The translations under genes and the position numbers were made by a program. Below the pieces are notes generated by a model, which had not been told where the DNA came from, did not search any database, and worked only from the letters and a program-made list of their open reading frames with translations. 33,781 nt of DNA from an uncultured Bacilli bacterium (lineage in GTDB: Bacteria; Bacillota_I; Bacilli_A; RF39; UBA660): the NCBI GenBank assembly GCA_934162555.1, contig CAKPJE010000002.1, positions 1 to 33,781 on the forward strand. The letters are read 5' to 3'. Numbering within the stretch: position 1 is the first letter of the stretch; each line of letters starts with the position of its first letter. This document shows positions 8,327-17,894 of this stretch, one piece after another.

Positions 8327-9473
8327 CCTTAATTACCTGTAAACTATTACCTTTCTCAAAAATATCCAAATAAACATCAACATTAATTTTCAAATTATTA
8401 TAAAAACTATCATAATCAGTTATTTTCTTATAATAACCATTATTTTTTTTATAATAAAGATTTCTAAAATAAAATATATCAGAATTATATTCCTTTGATA
8501 GCCCAATAAGATTAACAATATTCCTCTTAATTTCCTCACTACCTTGTTTCTCAATCTGCTTTATACCCGTATCCTTAGAAATATCATAATCACACATAAC
8601 CGAAGTTAAATTACCCTTTGTCTTAATCTTTAAATCAATCTCCGGCTTATTCTTTTTAATCTTAACATCAGCACTACTATCAATAATCTCAAAAGTAACA
8701 TATTTATTCTTAGAACACTCAAAACTTATAATAGTAGACTTAAGCTGATTCTTAATCAAATTATAATAAATAGTTTCCTTCTTATCCAAATAAGATATAA
8801 GCTTATTATCCTTAAAAATAGCAGTTTCCTCAATAGAAAGTAAAGACTCTGGATTAGAAGACTCTAAATTATCCTTCTTATCACCACTACCACCCAAAAC
8901 AGTAATAGCAGGCAAAAGAATTTCCTTTGTCTTACTAACATACTCATCAGCTAAATCATCAAAAGTAGTAAGAACACTACCACTCAAAAACTGATTATTA
9001 TTCTCAATCAAATTCCTAATCCCAACTGAATTAATAGGATAAACCTGTGTCAAAACACCCAAAACATCAGCAGGAGTATTATTCTTACTTACAAAAACAT
9101 AAAAATCATTCCTAAGTTCAACCTCTCTAAACCAAAAATCAATAATATCCTCAATCCCATCTCTAGCGATATTTTCATCAATAACCAAAATTTGCATATG
9201 ATTTGTATAAGCCTTCTTAGGAAGCTTAGTAAGTATACCCCTAGCAGCTTCATGAATAGTCTTATCAGTATAAGAATAGTTTTTAAACCTAACTGGACTA
9301 GAAGAATTATTTGAATCACCCTGTTTTTGAGTATCAGCAATTTGAACAGTAACCTTATATTCATCATTAACCTTTTCAAGCCCACAACCAACAGTAATAG
9401 CAACCTTATCAAGTTCTTTATAATTGCACCCACATAAACATAAAATAAGAACAAACAAAATAATTTTTTTCAT
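8310..9473 (-). CDS. Spore germination receptor C subunit (Ger(x)C-family lipoprotein)
   Basis: The N-terminus MKKIILFVLILCLCGCNYKELDKVAITVGCGLEK has a lipobox Cys followed by the motif typical of GerAC/GerKC. Length is 387 aa, and the start overlaps the stop of the A subunit (TAATG). Confidence 0.8.
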   Translation of the reverse strand: MKKIILFVLILCLCGCNYKELDKVAITVGCGLEKVNDEYKVTVQIADTQKQGDSNNSSSPVRFKNYSYTDKTIHEAARGILTKLPKKAYTNHMQILVIDENIARDGIEDIIDFWFREVELRNDFYVFVSKNNTPADVLGVLTQVYPINSVGIRNLIENNNQFLSGSVLTTFDDLADEYVSKTKEILLPAITVLGGSGDKKDNLESSNPESLLSIEETAIFKDNKLISYLDKKETIYYNLIKNQLKSTIISFECSKNKYVTFEIIDSSADVKIKKNKPEIDLKIKTKGNLTSVMCDYDISKDTGIKQIEKQGSEEIKRNIVNLIGLSKEYNSDIFYFRNLYYKKNNGYYKKITDYDSFYNNLKINVDVYLDIFEKGNSLQVIKDEKNK

Positions 9474-10876
9474 TATTCACCTCGATATCTATTATTTGAT
9501 AAAACCTTCATTCGCTTGTTATTTTTTGGCAATTTAACAAAAGCATTCTTAAAACCATTCTTATCAAAAGGCTCAATAGGAGAAAGAAAAGAAATACCAA
9601 AAGTCTCAATACTATTTGCACGTATCATAAAAAATATAAAAATAACAACAATCCCAATTATTCCCATACAAGAACCACCAACCATAAAAATAAGACGATA
9701 AGTTCTAATAGAAGTTGTAAACTCAGGCTCAGAAAAAGGAAGAGAAGAAATAGCTGTAACAGCAACGACAATAATCATAATAGGGGAAACAATCCCTGCC
9801 GCAACCGCTGCATCTCCTAAAATCAAAGCCCCAACAATTGATAAAGCAGAACCACTAGAATTAGGAACCCTATATTCACTTTCCTTAATAATCTCAAAAG
9901 CTAAAATCATCATAAAAGCTTCAATAAAAGCCGGAAAAGGAACTCCGTTTCGCTGAACAGCAAAACTAATAAGTAAATCAGTAGGTATTATCTCCTGATT
10001 ATAAGTTATCATCGCAACATAAATAGCTGGCGTTAAAATAGAAATAAAGAAAGCCAAATATTTTATTATTCTTGTAATTGAAACATTAATTGAATTACCA
10101 TACCAATCCTCAGGAGCCTTAAAAAAATCAACAAACAATCCAGGAACAATTAAAGCAAACTCGCTATTATCAACAACAATAACAACCTTTCCTCTAAGCA
10201 AAGCTTTTGCAATTCTATCAGGCCTTTCGGTAGTAGTAATCGTAGGTAAAATAGACTTAATACCCTTTTCTAAATGCTTCTTTAAATCATCAGAAGTAAT
10301 AATCCCATCAATATCAATCGAATTAATCTTATCCTCAATTTTTTTTATTAAATCATCCTTAACAATCCCATTAACATAACAAATACCAATCTTTGTTTTC
10401 GTATATCTACCTTTTTCTAACTCCTTAATCCACAAATCATTAGACTTAATCCTTTTCTTTATCAAACCAATATTAGTCTGGTAATCCTCAATCAAAGCAT
10501 CCTTCGCACCCCTAATAGCATTTTCTGTAGTAGGAGAGGAAACAGACCTATTTAAGTTGCCCTTTGTCTCAAAAGCAAGACCAGTATTTGCAAATAAAAT
10601 AACCGTAAAACCATTGTTTATAAAAGTACAAAAATCATCATAATTTTTGACTTCCTTATATTTACAACTATCCAAATTATTTTTAATATTTTTAATATCC
10701 TTAATATTATCTAAACTCCTAATAATAAAATCACTAACCTTATCATTAGAAATTAAACTATCATTAAATATAATATATATAGTATTTTTTTTTAATTTCT
10801 TTTCCCTATAAACAATAAAAGAATTATTATTAGTATCTTTTTTAAACCTCTCAATAATTAATAAAGGATCAAACAT
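9473..10876 (-). CDS. Spore germination receptor A subunit (GerAA/GerKA family)
   Basis: 467 aa with a soluble N-terminal domain and a C-terminal membrane block (FPAFIEAFMMILAFEIIKESEYRVPNSSGSALSIVGALILGDAAVAAGIVSP), as in the GerA/SpoVAF family. AGGTGA RBS at 10881-10886. Confidence 0.85.
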   Translation of the reverse strand: MFDPLLIIERFKKDTNNNSFIVYREKKLKKNTIYIIFNDSLISNDKVSDFIIRSLDNIKDIKNIKNNLDSCKYKEVKNYDDFCTFINNGFTVILFANTGLAFETKGNLNRSVSSPTTENAIRGAKDALIEDYQTNIGLIKKRIKSNDLWIKELEKGRYTKTKIGICYVNGIVKDDLIKKIEDKINSIDIDGIITSDDLKKHLEKGIKSILPTITTTERPDRIAKALLRGKVVIVVDNSEFALIVPGLFVDFFKAPEDWYGNSINVSITRIIKYLAFFISILTPAIYVAMITYNQEIIPTDLLISFAVQRNGVPFPAFIEAFMMILAFEIIKESEYRVPNSSGSALSIVGALILGDAAVAAGIVSPIMIIVVAVTAISSLPFSEPEFTTSIRTYRLIFMVGGSCMGIIGIVVIFIFFMIRANSIETFGISFLSPIEPFDKNGFKNAFVKLPKNNKRMKVLSNNRYRGE

Positions 10877-11112
10877 ATAATCACCTAAATTTATTTTGTA
10901 AAAAAATAAATAAATTATACAAAATAATAAATATGATAGTATAATTAATGTGAGGCAAAAAATGAATTACAAATTTAAAAACAATCTAATCATCAGTATA
11001 AATGTATTTGATTTACTTAACTATATGTACTAATTAAATATAACCGTTTTAAACTAATAAACAAAAAAGAATATCTAAACCAAAAAAACTTAAAAAAAAC
11101 ACTAAAAATAAG

Positions 11113-11142
11113 TTGACAAAAACACCTAAAAAATGTTATATT
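11113..11142 (+). promoter_or_regulatory. str-operon promoter, TTGACA plus extended -10 (TGtTATATT)
   Basis: TTGACA at 11113-11118, 18-nt spacer containing TG at 11134-11135, TATATT at 11137-11142. The leader to rpsL is about 85 nt and contains an 8-bp hairpin GGGTTTAT/ATAAGCCC. Confidence 0.6.
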
Positions 11143-11230
11143 ATTCTTGCTTTTTAATTGGGTTTATTCTATATAAGCCCTAAATTAATAAGGAATATGA
11201 AACACCTGGATGTGTGGAAAGGAGGAGAAT

Positions 11231-11650
11231 ATGCCTACAATCAATCAATTAATACGTAAAAATCGTACTGATAAAACTAGAAAAAGAAAATGTCCAGTTT
11301 TAGGAATTGGATACAACAGTAAAGATAAAAAACAAACTAAGTTAGATTCACCACAAAAACGTGGAGTATGTACTCGTGTAGGAACACTTACACCAAAAAA
11401 ACCAAACTCTGCACTTCGTAAATATGCTCGTGTTAGATTAAGTAATGCAATGGAAGTAACAGCTTACATACCTGGAGAAGGACATAACTTACAAGAACAC
11501 AGTGTTGTATTAATAAGAGGCGGACGTGTTAAAGACTTAATCGGTGTTAGATATCACATTATTCGTGGAACAATGGATACAGCCGGAGTTGAAAAAAGAA
11601 TGCAAGGTCGTAGTAAATACGGCGCTAAAAAACCAAAAGCAAAAAAATAA
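11231..11650 (+). CDS. rpsL: 30S ribosomal protein S12
   Basis: [10 protein letters not shown]...[31 protein letters not shown]...[36 protein letters not shown] lies 4 nt upstream of this ATG. The longer ORF-track start at 11210 is unlikely. Confidence 0.97.
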   Translation: MPTINQLIRKNRTDKTRKRKCPVLGIGYNSKDKKQTKLDSPQKRGVCTRVGTLTPKKPNSALRKYARVRLSNAMEVTAYIPGEGHNLQEHSVVLIRGGRVKDLIGVRYHIIRGTMDTAGVEKRMQGRSKYGAKKPKAKK

Positions 11651-11661
11651 GGAGGTAAAGT

Positions 11662-12129
11662 ATGAGAAAAAGACGTGCTGTTAAAAGAGACGTTTTAGCT
11701 GATCCTATATATAATTCTAAATTGGTTACAAAATTAATAAACACTATCATGATAGATGGTAAAAAAGGTGTTGCCCAAACAATCCTTTATGATGCCTTCG
11801 AAATGGTAAAAGAAAAAACTAATAAAGAACCAATGGAAGTATTTGAAAAAGCATTAGCAAACATCAAACCTGCTCTTGAAGTAAAATCAAGAAGAGTTGG
11901 TGGTGCTAATTATCAAGTACCAGTAGAAGTTAAAGCTGATAGAAGCCAAGCTTTAGGATTAAGATGGTTAGTAAATTATGCTAGATTAAGAAACGGTCAT
12001 ACAATGGCTGAAAATTTAGCAAACGAAATAATCGATGCATCAAACGGAGTTGGAGCTGCTGTTAAAAAGCGTGAAGACATGCATCGTATGGCCGAAGCAA
12101 ATAAAGCATTCGCTCATTACCGTTGGTAA
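11662..12129 (+). CDS. rpsG: 30S ribosomal protein S7
   Basis: [38 protein letters not shown]...[10 protein letters not shown]; canonical S7 in the expected position after rpsL. Confidence 0.97.
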   Translation: MRKRRAVKRDVLADPIYNSKLVTKLINTIMIDGKKGVAQTILYDAFEMVKEKTNKEPMEVFEKALANIKPALEVKSRRVGGANYQVPVEVKADRSQALGLRWLVNYARLRNGHTMAENLANEIIDASNGVGAAVKKREDMHRMAEANKAFAHYRW

Positions 12130-12147
12130 AATATAGGAGGATAAATT

Positions 12148-14220
12148 ATGGCTCGTGAGTATAGTTTGGAAAAAACTAGAAATATCGGAATAATGGCTCA
12201 CATAGATGCAGGTAAAACTACTTGTACAGAAAGAATATTATTCCATACAAAAAAAATCCATAAAATTGGTGAAACACATGATGGTGCTTCACAAATGGAC
12301 TGGATGGAACAAGAACAAGAACGTGGGATTACAATTACATCTGCTGCCACAACTGCCTTCTGGAAAGGATATCGTTTTAATATAATTGATACCCCAGGAC
12401 ACGTAGATTTTACAGTAGAGGTTGAAAGAAGCCTTCGTGTACTTGATGGTGCTGTTGCACTACTAGATGCCCAAGCTGGTGTAGAACCACAAACAGAAAC
12501 AGTTTGGCGTCAAGCAACTGAATTTAAAGTACCACGTATGATATTCGCTAATAAGATGGATAAAATGGGTGCTGACTTTGTATTCAGTTTAAATTCAATA
12601 AAAGAACGTTTAGGCGTTAATTATGCTCCAATTGAATGGCCAATTGGTGCTGAAAATGAATTCAACGGAGTTATTGATTTAGTAACAATGAAAGCTTACC
12701 ATTACGATGGACAGCAAGCAGAAGATGCTAAAGAAATAGAAATCCCAGAAGATTTAAAAGAAATCGCACATACAAAGAGAAACGAATTAATCGAAGCAGT
12801 TTCTGTATATGATGATGAATTAATGGAAACATACCTTGAAACAGGCGATGCTCCAGTTGAATTAATCAAAAGAGCTATCAGAAAAGGTACTCTAGAAGTA
12901 GATTTCTTCCCAGTATTATGTGGTACTGCACTTGGTAACATGGGAATTAAACTATTACTAGATGCTGTAATAGATTATTTACCAGCTCCAACAGATGTTG
13001 AAGCAATGAGAGGAACTGATATGGATGGTAATGAAATTATTGTTCATGCAGATGATAATGCACCATTTAAAGCATTAGCATTCAAAATTATGACAGATCC
13101 ATTCGTAGGTAAATTAACATTCTTTAGAGTATACAGTGGACATCTATCTGCTGGATCATATATTCTAAACTCATCAAAAGGTGTAAAAGAAAGAGTTGGC
13201 CGTTTACTACAAATGCATGCTAACAACAGGACTGAAATAACAGATGTTTATGCAGGCGATATAGTAGCAGCAGTCGGTTTAAAAAACACAACAACTGGTA
13301 ATACACTATGTGATGAAAAGAACCCAGTAATTCTAGAATCAATGAACTTCCCAGAACCAGTTATTGAACTAGCTGTTGAACCAAAATCAAAAGCAGATCA
13401 AGACAAAATGGGATTAGCTTTACAAAAATTAGCCGAAGAAGATCCAACATTCAGAGCAAGAACTGATGTTGAAACAGGACAAACAATTATAGCAGGTATG
13501 GGTGAACTTCACCTTGACATAATTGTTGACCGTATGAGAAGAGAATTTAATGTAGAAGCAAACATTGGTAAACCACAAGTATCTTACCGTGAAACAATTA
13601 CACAAATGGGTGAATGTGAAGGTAAGTATATTAAACAATCTGGTGGACGTGGACAATATGGTCATGTTTGGGTTCGCTTTGAACCAAACCCAGATAAAGG
13701 TTATGAATTCGTTGATGCAGTAGTAGGCGGTGTAGTTCCTCGTGAATACATACCAGTTACTGATAAAGGCTTACAAGAAGCATTAAAAGGTGGCGTTTTA
13801 GCTGGTTATCCAATGGTAGACGTTAAAGCAACATTATTTGATGGATCTTACCATGAAGTTGACTCTAGTGAAGCTGCATTTAAAGTTGCTGCAAGCTTAG
13901 CTGTAAAAGAAATTAAAAACAAATGTAAACCAGTTATCCTAGAACCAATCATGAAAGTACAAGTTGTTGTACCAGATGAATACCTAGGAAACGTTATGGG
14001 TGACATTACAAGTCGTCGCGGAAGACCACTTGGTCAAGAATCAAGAGGCAATGCTCTTGCAATTGATGCAATGGTCCCATTATCAGAGATGTTTGGATAT
14101 GCAACAAGCTTAAGATCTAACACTCAAGGAAGAGGTAATTTCTCAATGGTATTTGACCATTATGAAGAAGTACCTAGAAATATTGCTGAAGATATTATTA
14201 AGAAAAATAGTGGAAATTAA
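12148..14220 (+). CDS. fusA: Elongation factor G
   Basis: 690 aa with G-domain motifs [21 protein letters not shown]. Full-length EF-G in str-operon order. Confidence 0.97.
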   Translation: MAREYSLEKTRNIGIMAHIDAGKTTCTERILFHTKKIHKIGETHDGASQMDWMEQEQERGITITSAATTAFWKGYRFNIIDTPGHVDFTVEVERSLRVLDGAVALLDAQAGVEPQTETVWRQATEFKVPRMIFANKMDKMGADFVFSLNSIKERLGVNYAPIEWPIGAENEFNGVIDLVTMKAYHYDGQQAEDAKEIEIPEDLKEIAHTKRNELIEAVSVYDDELMETYLETGDAPVELIKRAIRKGTLEVDFFPVLCGTALGNMGIKLLLDAVIDYLPAPTDVEAMRGTDMDGNEIIVHADDNAPFKALAFKIMTDPFVGKLTFFRVYSGHLSAGSYILNSSKGVKERVGRLLQMHANNRTEITDVYAGDIVAAVGLKNTTTGNTLCDEKNPVILESMNFPEPVIELAVEPKSKADQDKMGLALQKLAEEDPTFRARTDVETGQTIIAGMGELHLDIIVDRMRREFNVEANIGKPQVSYRETITQMGECEGKYIKQSGGRGQYGHVWVRFEPNPDKGYEFVDAVVGGVVPREYIPVTDKGLQEALKGGVLAGYPMVDVKATLFDGSYHEVDSSEAAFKVAASLAVKEIKNKCKPVILEPIMKVQVVVPDEYLGNVMGDITSRRGRPLGQESRGNALAIDAMVPLSEMFGYATSLRSNTQGRGNFSMVFDHYEEVPRNIAEDIIKKNSGN

Positions 14221-14230
14221 TTAAAAAGGG

Positions 14231-14259
14231 TTGCTATTTTTAACTTATTAATATAAAAT
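14231..14259 (+). promoter_or_regulatory. Candidate internal promoter for tuf (TTGCTA-17-TAAAAT)
   Basis: TTGCTA at 14231-14236, 17-nt spacer, TAAAAT at 14254-14259, lying in the 72-nt fusA-tuf spacer upstream of AAAGGAGG. Confidence 0.35.
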
Positions 14260-14292
14260 AATATTGTATATTTAAAAGGAGGAAAAAATATT

Positions 14293-15477
14293 ATGGCAAA
14301 ACAAAAATTTGATCGTTCAAAACCACATGTTAATATTGGTACAATTGGACACGTAGACCATGGTAAAACTACTTTAACAGCTGCTATTTCTGCTCATTTA
14401 GCTGGTAAATATGGTAATGAAAAAGTAGATTTTGCCAATATCGATAAAGCACCAGAAGAAAGGGAACGTGGTATTACAATTAATACTGCACACATTGAAT
14501 ATAGTACTGCAAATCGTCACTATGCTCACGTTGACTGCCCAGGACATGCTGACTATGTTAAAAACATGATCACAGGTGCTGCTCAAATGGATGGCGCTAT
14601 TCTAGTTATTGCTGCAACTGATGGACCTATGGCTCAAACTCGTGAACACATCTTACTTGCTCGTCAAGTTGGTGTACCTCGTATGGTAGTATTCATGAAT
14701 AAATGTGATATGGTTGATGATGCTGAATTATTAGATTTAGTTGAAATGGAAATCCGTGAATTATTAACTGAATATGGATATGATGGAGATAACACACCTA
14801 TAATTCGTGGTTCTGCTCTTAAAGCTCTTGAAGGAGACGAAGAATGGGGCAAGAAAATTGACGAACTTATGGATGCTGTTGATACATGGATTGAAACTCC
14901 AGTTCGTGACACTGATAAACCATTCTTAATGCCAATTGAAGACGTATTTACAATCACTGGTCGTGGAACAGTTGTTACTGGCCGTGTGGAAAGAGGCCAA
15001 TTAAAATTAAATGACGAAGTTGAAATCGTTGGTATTAAACCAACTAAGAAAACTGTTGTTACAGGAATCGAAATGTTCCGTAAACAACTAGACTATGCAG
15101 AAGCAGGAGATAATGCTGGTGTTCTATTACGTGGTATTTCTCGTGAAGAAGTTGAAAGAGGACAAGTACTTGCTAAACCAGGTTCAGTTACTCCACATAC
15201 TAAATTCAAAGCTACTGTATACGTTTTATCAAAAGAAGAAGGCGGACGTCATACTCCATTCTTCACAAACTATCGTCCACAATTCTACTTCAGAACTACA
15301 GATGTTACTGGTGTAATTGAATTACCACAAGGTACTGAAATGGTTATGCCTGGTGATAACGTAGAATTTACAGTAGAATTAATCGCACCAATCGCTATCG
15401 AAAATGGTACAAAATTCTCTATCCGTGAAGGTGGAAGAACTGTTGGTGCTGGTAACGTATCAGAAATCATTAAATAA
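14293..15477 (+). CDS. tuf: Elongation factor Tu
   Basis: 394 aa: [32 protein letters not shown]..., [12 protein letters not shown]. Confidence 0.98.
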   Translation: MAKQKFDRSKPHVNIGTIGHVDHGKTTLTAAISAHLAGKYGNEKVDFANIDKAPEERERGITINTAHIEYSTANRHYAHVDCPGHADYVKNMITGAAQMDGAILVIAATDGPMAQTREHILLARQVGVPRMVVFMNKCDMVDDAELLDLVEMEIRELLTEYGYDGDNTPIIRGSALKALEGDEEWGKKIDELMDAVDTWIETPVRDTDKPFLMPIEDVFTITGRGTVVTGRVERGQLKLNDEVEIVGIKPTKKTVVTGIEMFRKQLDYAEAGDNAGVLLRGISREEVERGQVLAKPGSVTPHTKFKATVYVLSKEEGGRHTPFFTNYRPQFYFRTTDVTGVIELPQGTEMVMPGDNVEFTVELIAPIAIENGTKFSIREGGRTVGAGNVSEIIK

Positions 15478-15498
15478 GGAAGGAAACTTCCTTTTTTT
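15477..15498 (+). terminator. Intrinsic terminator of the str operon
   Basis: AGGAAG (15477-15482), GAAA loop, CTTCCT (15487-15492), followed by TTTTTT. Confidence 0.75.
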
Positions 15499-15509
15499 GT
15501 CAAAAGTTA

Positions 15510-15538
15510 TTGAAAAAAGTTTGAATATATAGTAAAAT
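15510..15538 (+). promoter_or_regulatory. Candidate sigma-A promoter (TTGAAA-17-TAAAAT) for the TasA-like/hlyIII/plsC unit
   Basis: TTGAAA at 15510-15515, 17-nt spacer, TAAAAT at 15533-15538. GGAGG RBS at 15557-15561 precedes the ATG at 15571. Confidence 0.45.
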
Positions 15539-15570
15539 TAATATGTATTAAGATATGGAGGAAATCTAAT

Positions 15571-16056
15571 ATGAATAGCAAAACTAAAAAAATAATTATG
15601 TACTGTTCAATAATAGGCCTTGTAATGATAGCAACAGGTACATTTGCATATTTTAAAAGTGGTGATGCATATAATGTTAAAGGACAAGTTATAAGCTGGT
15701 CATTTAAAGCAGAAAGTAAAGGAGATACAGAATCATTTACAAAAGCATTAGGAGACATTGCCCCTGGTTCAACGGGCTCATTTGTAGTTAATTTAGATCC
15801 AACTGGTTCAACAACCAATGTTGAATGTTCAATAACACCAAATATTGCCAGTTCATTAGCAGGCATGAAATTATATAGTGATTCTGCTAAAACTACAGAA
15901 ATTACTGCTGATAATCCACTTAAAGTTAATTTAACAGCTAGAAGTTCAGCCCAAAATGTAACAGTTTATTGGTTATGGGAATATGATACCGGATTACTAA
16001 CAAATCAAAGTATTTCATTTTCTATAAATGTCGTTGGAAAGCAAGTTGCATCATAG
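15571..16056 (+). CDS. Small secreted protein with a SipW-cognate (TasA/CalY-type) signal peptide
   Basis: The N-terminus MNSKTKKIIMYCSIIGLVMIATGTFAYFKSGD matches the GGGTFAYFSD-type SipW-dependent signal of TasA/CalY/camelysin. The mature part contains GDIAPGSTGSFVVNLDPTGST, resembling the TasA-family PGD...F...N.GS pattern. Confidence 0.8.
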   Translation: MNSKTKKIIMYCSIIGLVMIATGTFAYFKSGDAYNVKGQVISWSFKAESKGDTESFTKALGDIAPGSTGSFVVNLDPTGSTTNVECSITPNIASSLAGMKLYSDSAKTTEITADNPLKVNLTARSSAQNVTVYWLWEYDTGLLTNQSISFSINVVGKQVAS

Positions 16057-16071
16057 AAAACAGGAGGTTTT

Positions 16072-16716
16072 ATGGAAAAAGTAAACATACCTAAATACAG
16101 TTTAAGTGAAGAACTAATAAGCTCAATTTCTCATGGAATAGGAGCTTTACTTGGAATAGCAGCGTTAGTATTATCTGTTGTTTTTTCTCATAAACCAATT
16201 TCTATAGTAAGTTCAGCGATATATGGATGTTCACTTATAATTTTATATACAATATCCTGTTTATACCATAGCTTTTCCCCTAGAATAGGCGCGAAAAAAG
16301 TATTTAGAATATTAGATCACGACAGTATATATGTACTCATCTTTGGTACATATATGCCATATCTATTAGTTGCACTAGGTGGAGCAAAAGGATGGACATT
16401 ATGGGGAATACTACTAGGACTTACAATAATTGGAATCGTTTTGAATTCTATTAATTTAGAAAAATTTAAAAATATATCTTTAATCTCTTATATTTTAATG
16501 GGGTGGATAATTGTTTTTTCTTTTAAAGATATAAATATTGCCTTAGGATATAGAGGAACATTATATCTCCTAATAGGGGGAATTTTATATACAGTAGGCG
16601 CCATTTTTTATAGCATTGGTAAAAAAGTAAAATATATGCACAGTCTATTTCATTTATTTGTCTTAGCAGGAAGTATATTTCACTTCTTTAGTATATTTTT
16701 ATATGTAATAAGGTGA
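16072..16716 (+). CDS. Hemolysin-III / PAQR family membrane protein
   Basis: 214 aa with 7 helices. Conserved His-containing motifs are SSISHGIGALLG, LYHS, ILDHDSIYVLIFGTYMPY and HLFVLAGSIFHFF. Confidence 0.85.
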   Translation: MEKVNIPKYSLSEELISSISHGIGALLGIAALVLSVVFSHKPISIVSSAIYGCSLIILYTISCLYHSFSPRIGAKKVFRILDHDSIYVLIFGTYMPYLLVALGGAKGWTLWGILLGLTIIGIVLNSINLEKFKNISLISYILMGWIIVFSFKDINIALGYRGTLYLLIGGILYTVGAIFYSIGKKVKYMHSLFHLFVLAGSIFHFFSIFLYVIR

Positions 16717-16720
16717 GAAA

Positions 16721-17296
16721 ATGAATTTAATACTATATTGGATTGTAAAAATATTTGGTACACCAATATTTTATATATTGTTTAGACCAAAATATATAAA
16801 TAAAAATAATATTCCTAAAAATGGACCCGTTGTTTTAGCAGGTAATCATAAATCAAATTTTGATTGCGCTTCTCTAGTTTGTTCAACCAATAGAGTGGTC
16901 CATTTTCTTGCAAAAAAAGAATTATTAGATACAAAATTAAAATTCTTTTTTAAAGGAATGGGAATAATACCAGTCGATAGAAAAAATAAGAATCCAGAAG
17001 CCTTAAAAGAAGCTATTAGAAATTTAAATAATAAAAAAGTTATTGGAATCTTTCCTGAGGGAACAACCAATAAAACAAATAATATAATTATGCCATTTAA
17101 ATATGGGGCAGTTAAAATGGCAAGTGAAGCAAATGCATATATTGTCCCATTTAGTATTACTGGAGAATATAAATTCTTTGGAAAATTAAAAATTACATTT
17201 GGAGAAGCTTATAAAGTCAGTAAAGATTTAGAAAAAGAAAATGCTATTCTAATGAATAAAGTAACAAGTTTGATAAAAGGAGACAAGAATGAGTGA
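16721..17296 (+). CDS. plsC: 1-acyl-sn-glycerol-3-phosphate acyltransferase family protein (paralogue 1)
   Basis: HX4D motif NHKSNFD, the FPEGT motif (IGIFPEGTTNKTN), and PFKYGAVKMA...IVPFSITG. Confidence 0.8.
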   Translation: MNLILYWIVKIFGTPIFYILFRPKYINKNNIPKNGPVVLAGNHKSNFDCASLVCSTNRVVHFLAKKELLDTKLKFFFKGMGIIPVDRKNKNPEALKEAIRNLNNKKVIGIFPEGTTNKTNNIIMPFKYGAVKMASEANAYIVPFSITGEYKFFGKLKITFGEAYKVSKDLEKENAILMNKVTSLIKGDKNE

Positions 17297-17894
17297 TTTT
17301 GGTTATAAGTTAGCAAAAAAAATATTAAAACCTATTTTTTATAAAAAATGTGATCCCACAGTTATTAATGCAAATATAGTCCCAAAAGAAGGACCAATAA
17401 TATTGTGTGGTAATCATATGCATGTTTTAGATCAATGTGGACCTTTATTTGAAATTCCTAGAGTAGTCCATTATATGGCCAAAAAGGAATACTTTGATAG
17501 TTTTAAAACAAGATGGTTTTTTAAAATGGTTGGTTGTATTAGTGTAGATAGAGAAAATCATGATGAAGCTAAAAAAGCAAAAGAGAAAGCAATTGAAATA
17601 CTAAAACAAGGTGGTGCGATTGGAATATTCCCTGAAGGAACAAGAAATAAAACCGATGCTTTCTTATTACCATTTAAGTATGGTGCTGTATCAATGGCTC
17701 AAAAAGCTGATGCAACAATTGTCCCATTTGCAGTTACTGGGAAATATGAAAAAGGTGGCAATTTAATGGTTAGATTTGGTGAACCATTTAAAGTAACTGA
17801 TATGACAAAAGAGGAAGCTAATGAAAAATTATTTAATGTAATAAAAACACTAAAAGAAGAAAATTTAAAACAAACAAAAAGCGATCAAATTTGA
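17289..17894 (+). CDS. plsC: 1-acyl-sn-glycerol-3-phosphate acyltransferase family protein (paralogue 2)
   Basis: HX4D motif HMHVLD, IGIFPEGTRNKTD, PFKYGAVSMA...IVPFAVTG. It overlaps paralogue 1 by 8 nt. Confidence 0.8.
   Translation: MSDFGYKLAKKILKPIFYKKCDPTVINANIVPKEGPIILCGNHMHVLDQCGPLFEIPRVVHYMAKKEYFDSFKTRWFFKMVGCISVDRENHDEAKKAKEKAIEILKQGGAIGIFPEGTRNKTDAFLLPFKYGAVSMAQKADATIVPFAVTGKYEKGGNLMVRFGEPFKVTDMTKEEANEKLFNVIKTLKEENLKQTKSDQI

Noticed and set aside
10962-11033. 23-codon ORF (MNYKFKNNLIISINVFDLLNYMY) preceded by GAGG in the ger/rpsL intergenic region.
   Set aside because: It is too short and compositionally unremarkable to support without conservation or expression data.
12702-15503. 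Several 60-97-aa ORFs antisense to or out of frame within fusA and tuf (12702-12941, 13044-13226, 13429-13665, 14398-14586, 14664-14957, 15095-15316, 15285-15503).
   Set aside because: They are fully embedded in highly conserved translation-factor genes and have no RBS or recognisable motifs.
15507-15866. 119-aa minus-strand ORF overlapping the TasA-like gene.
   Set aside because: The plus-strand frame has a GGAGG RBS, a SipW-type signal peptide and paralogous modules elsewhere in the window. The antisense frame has none of these.
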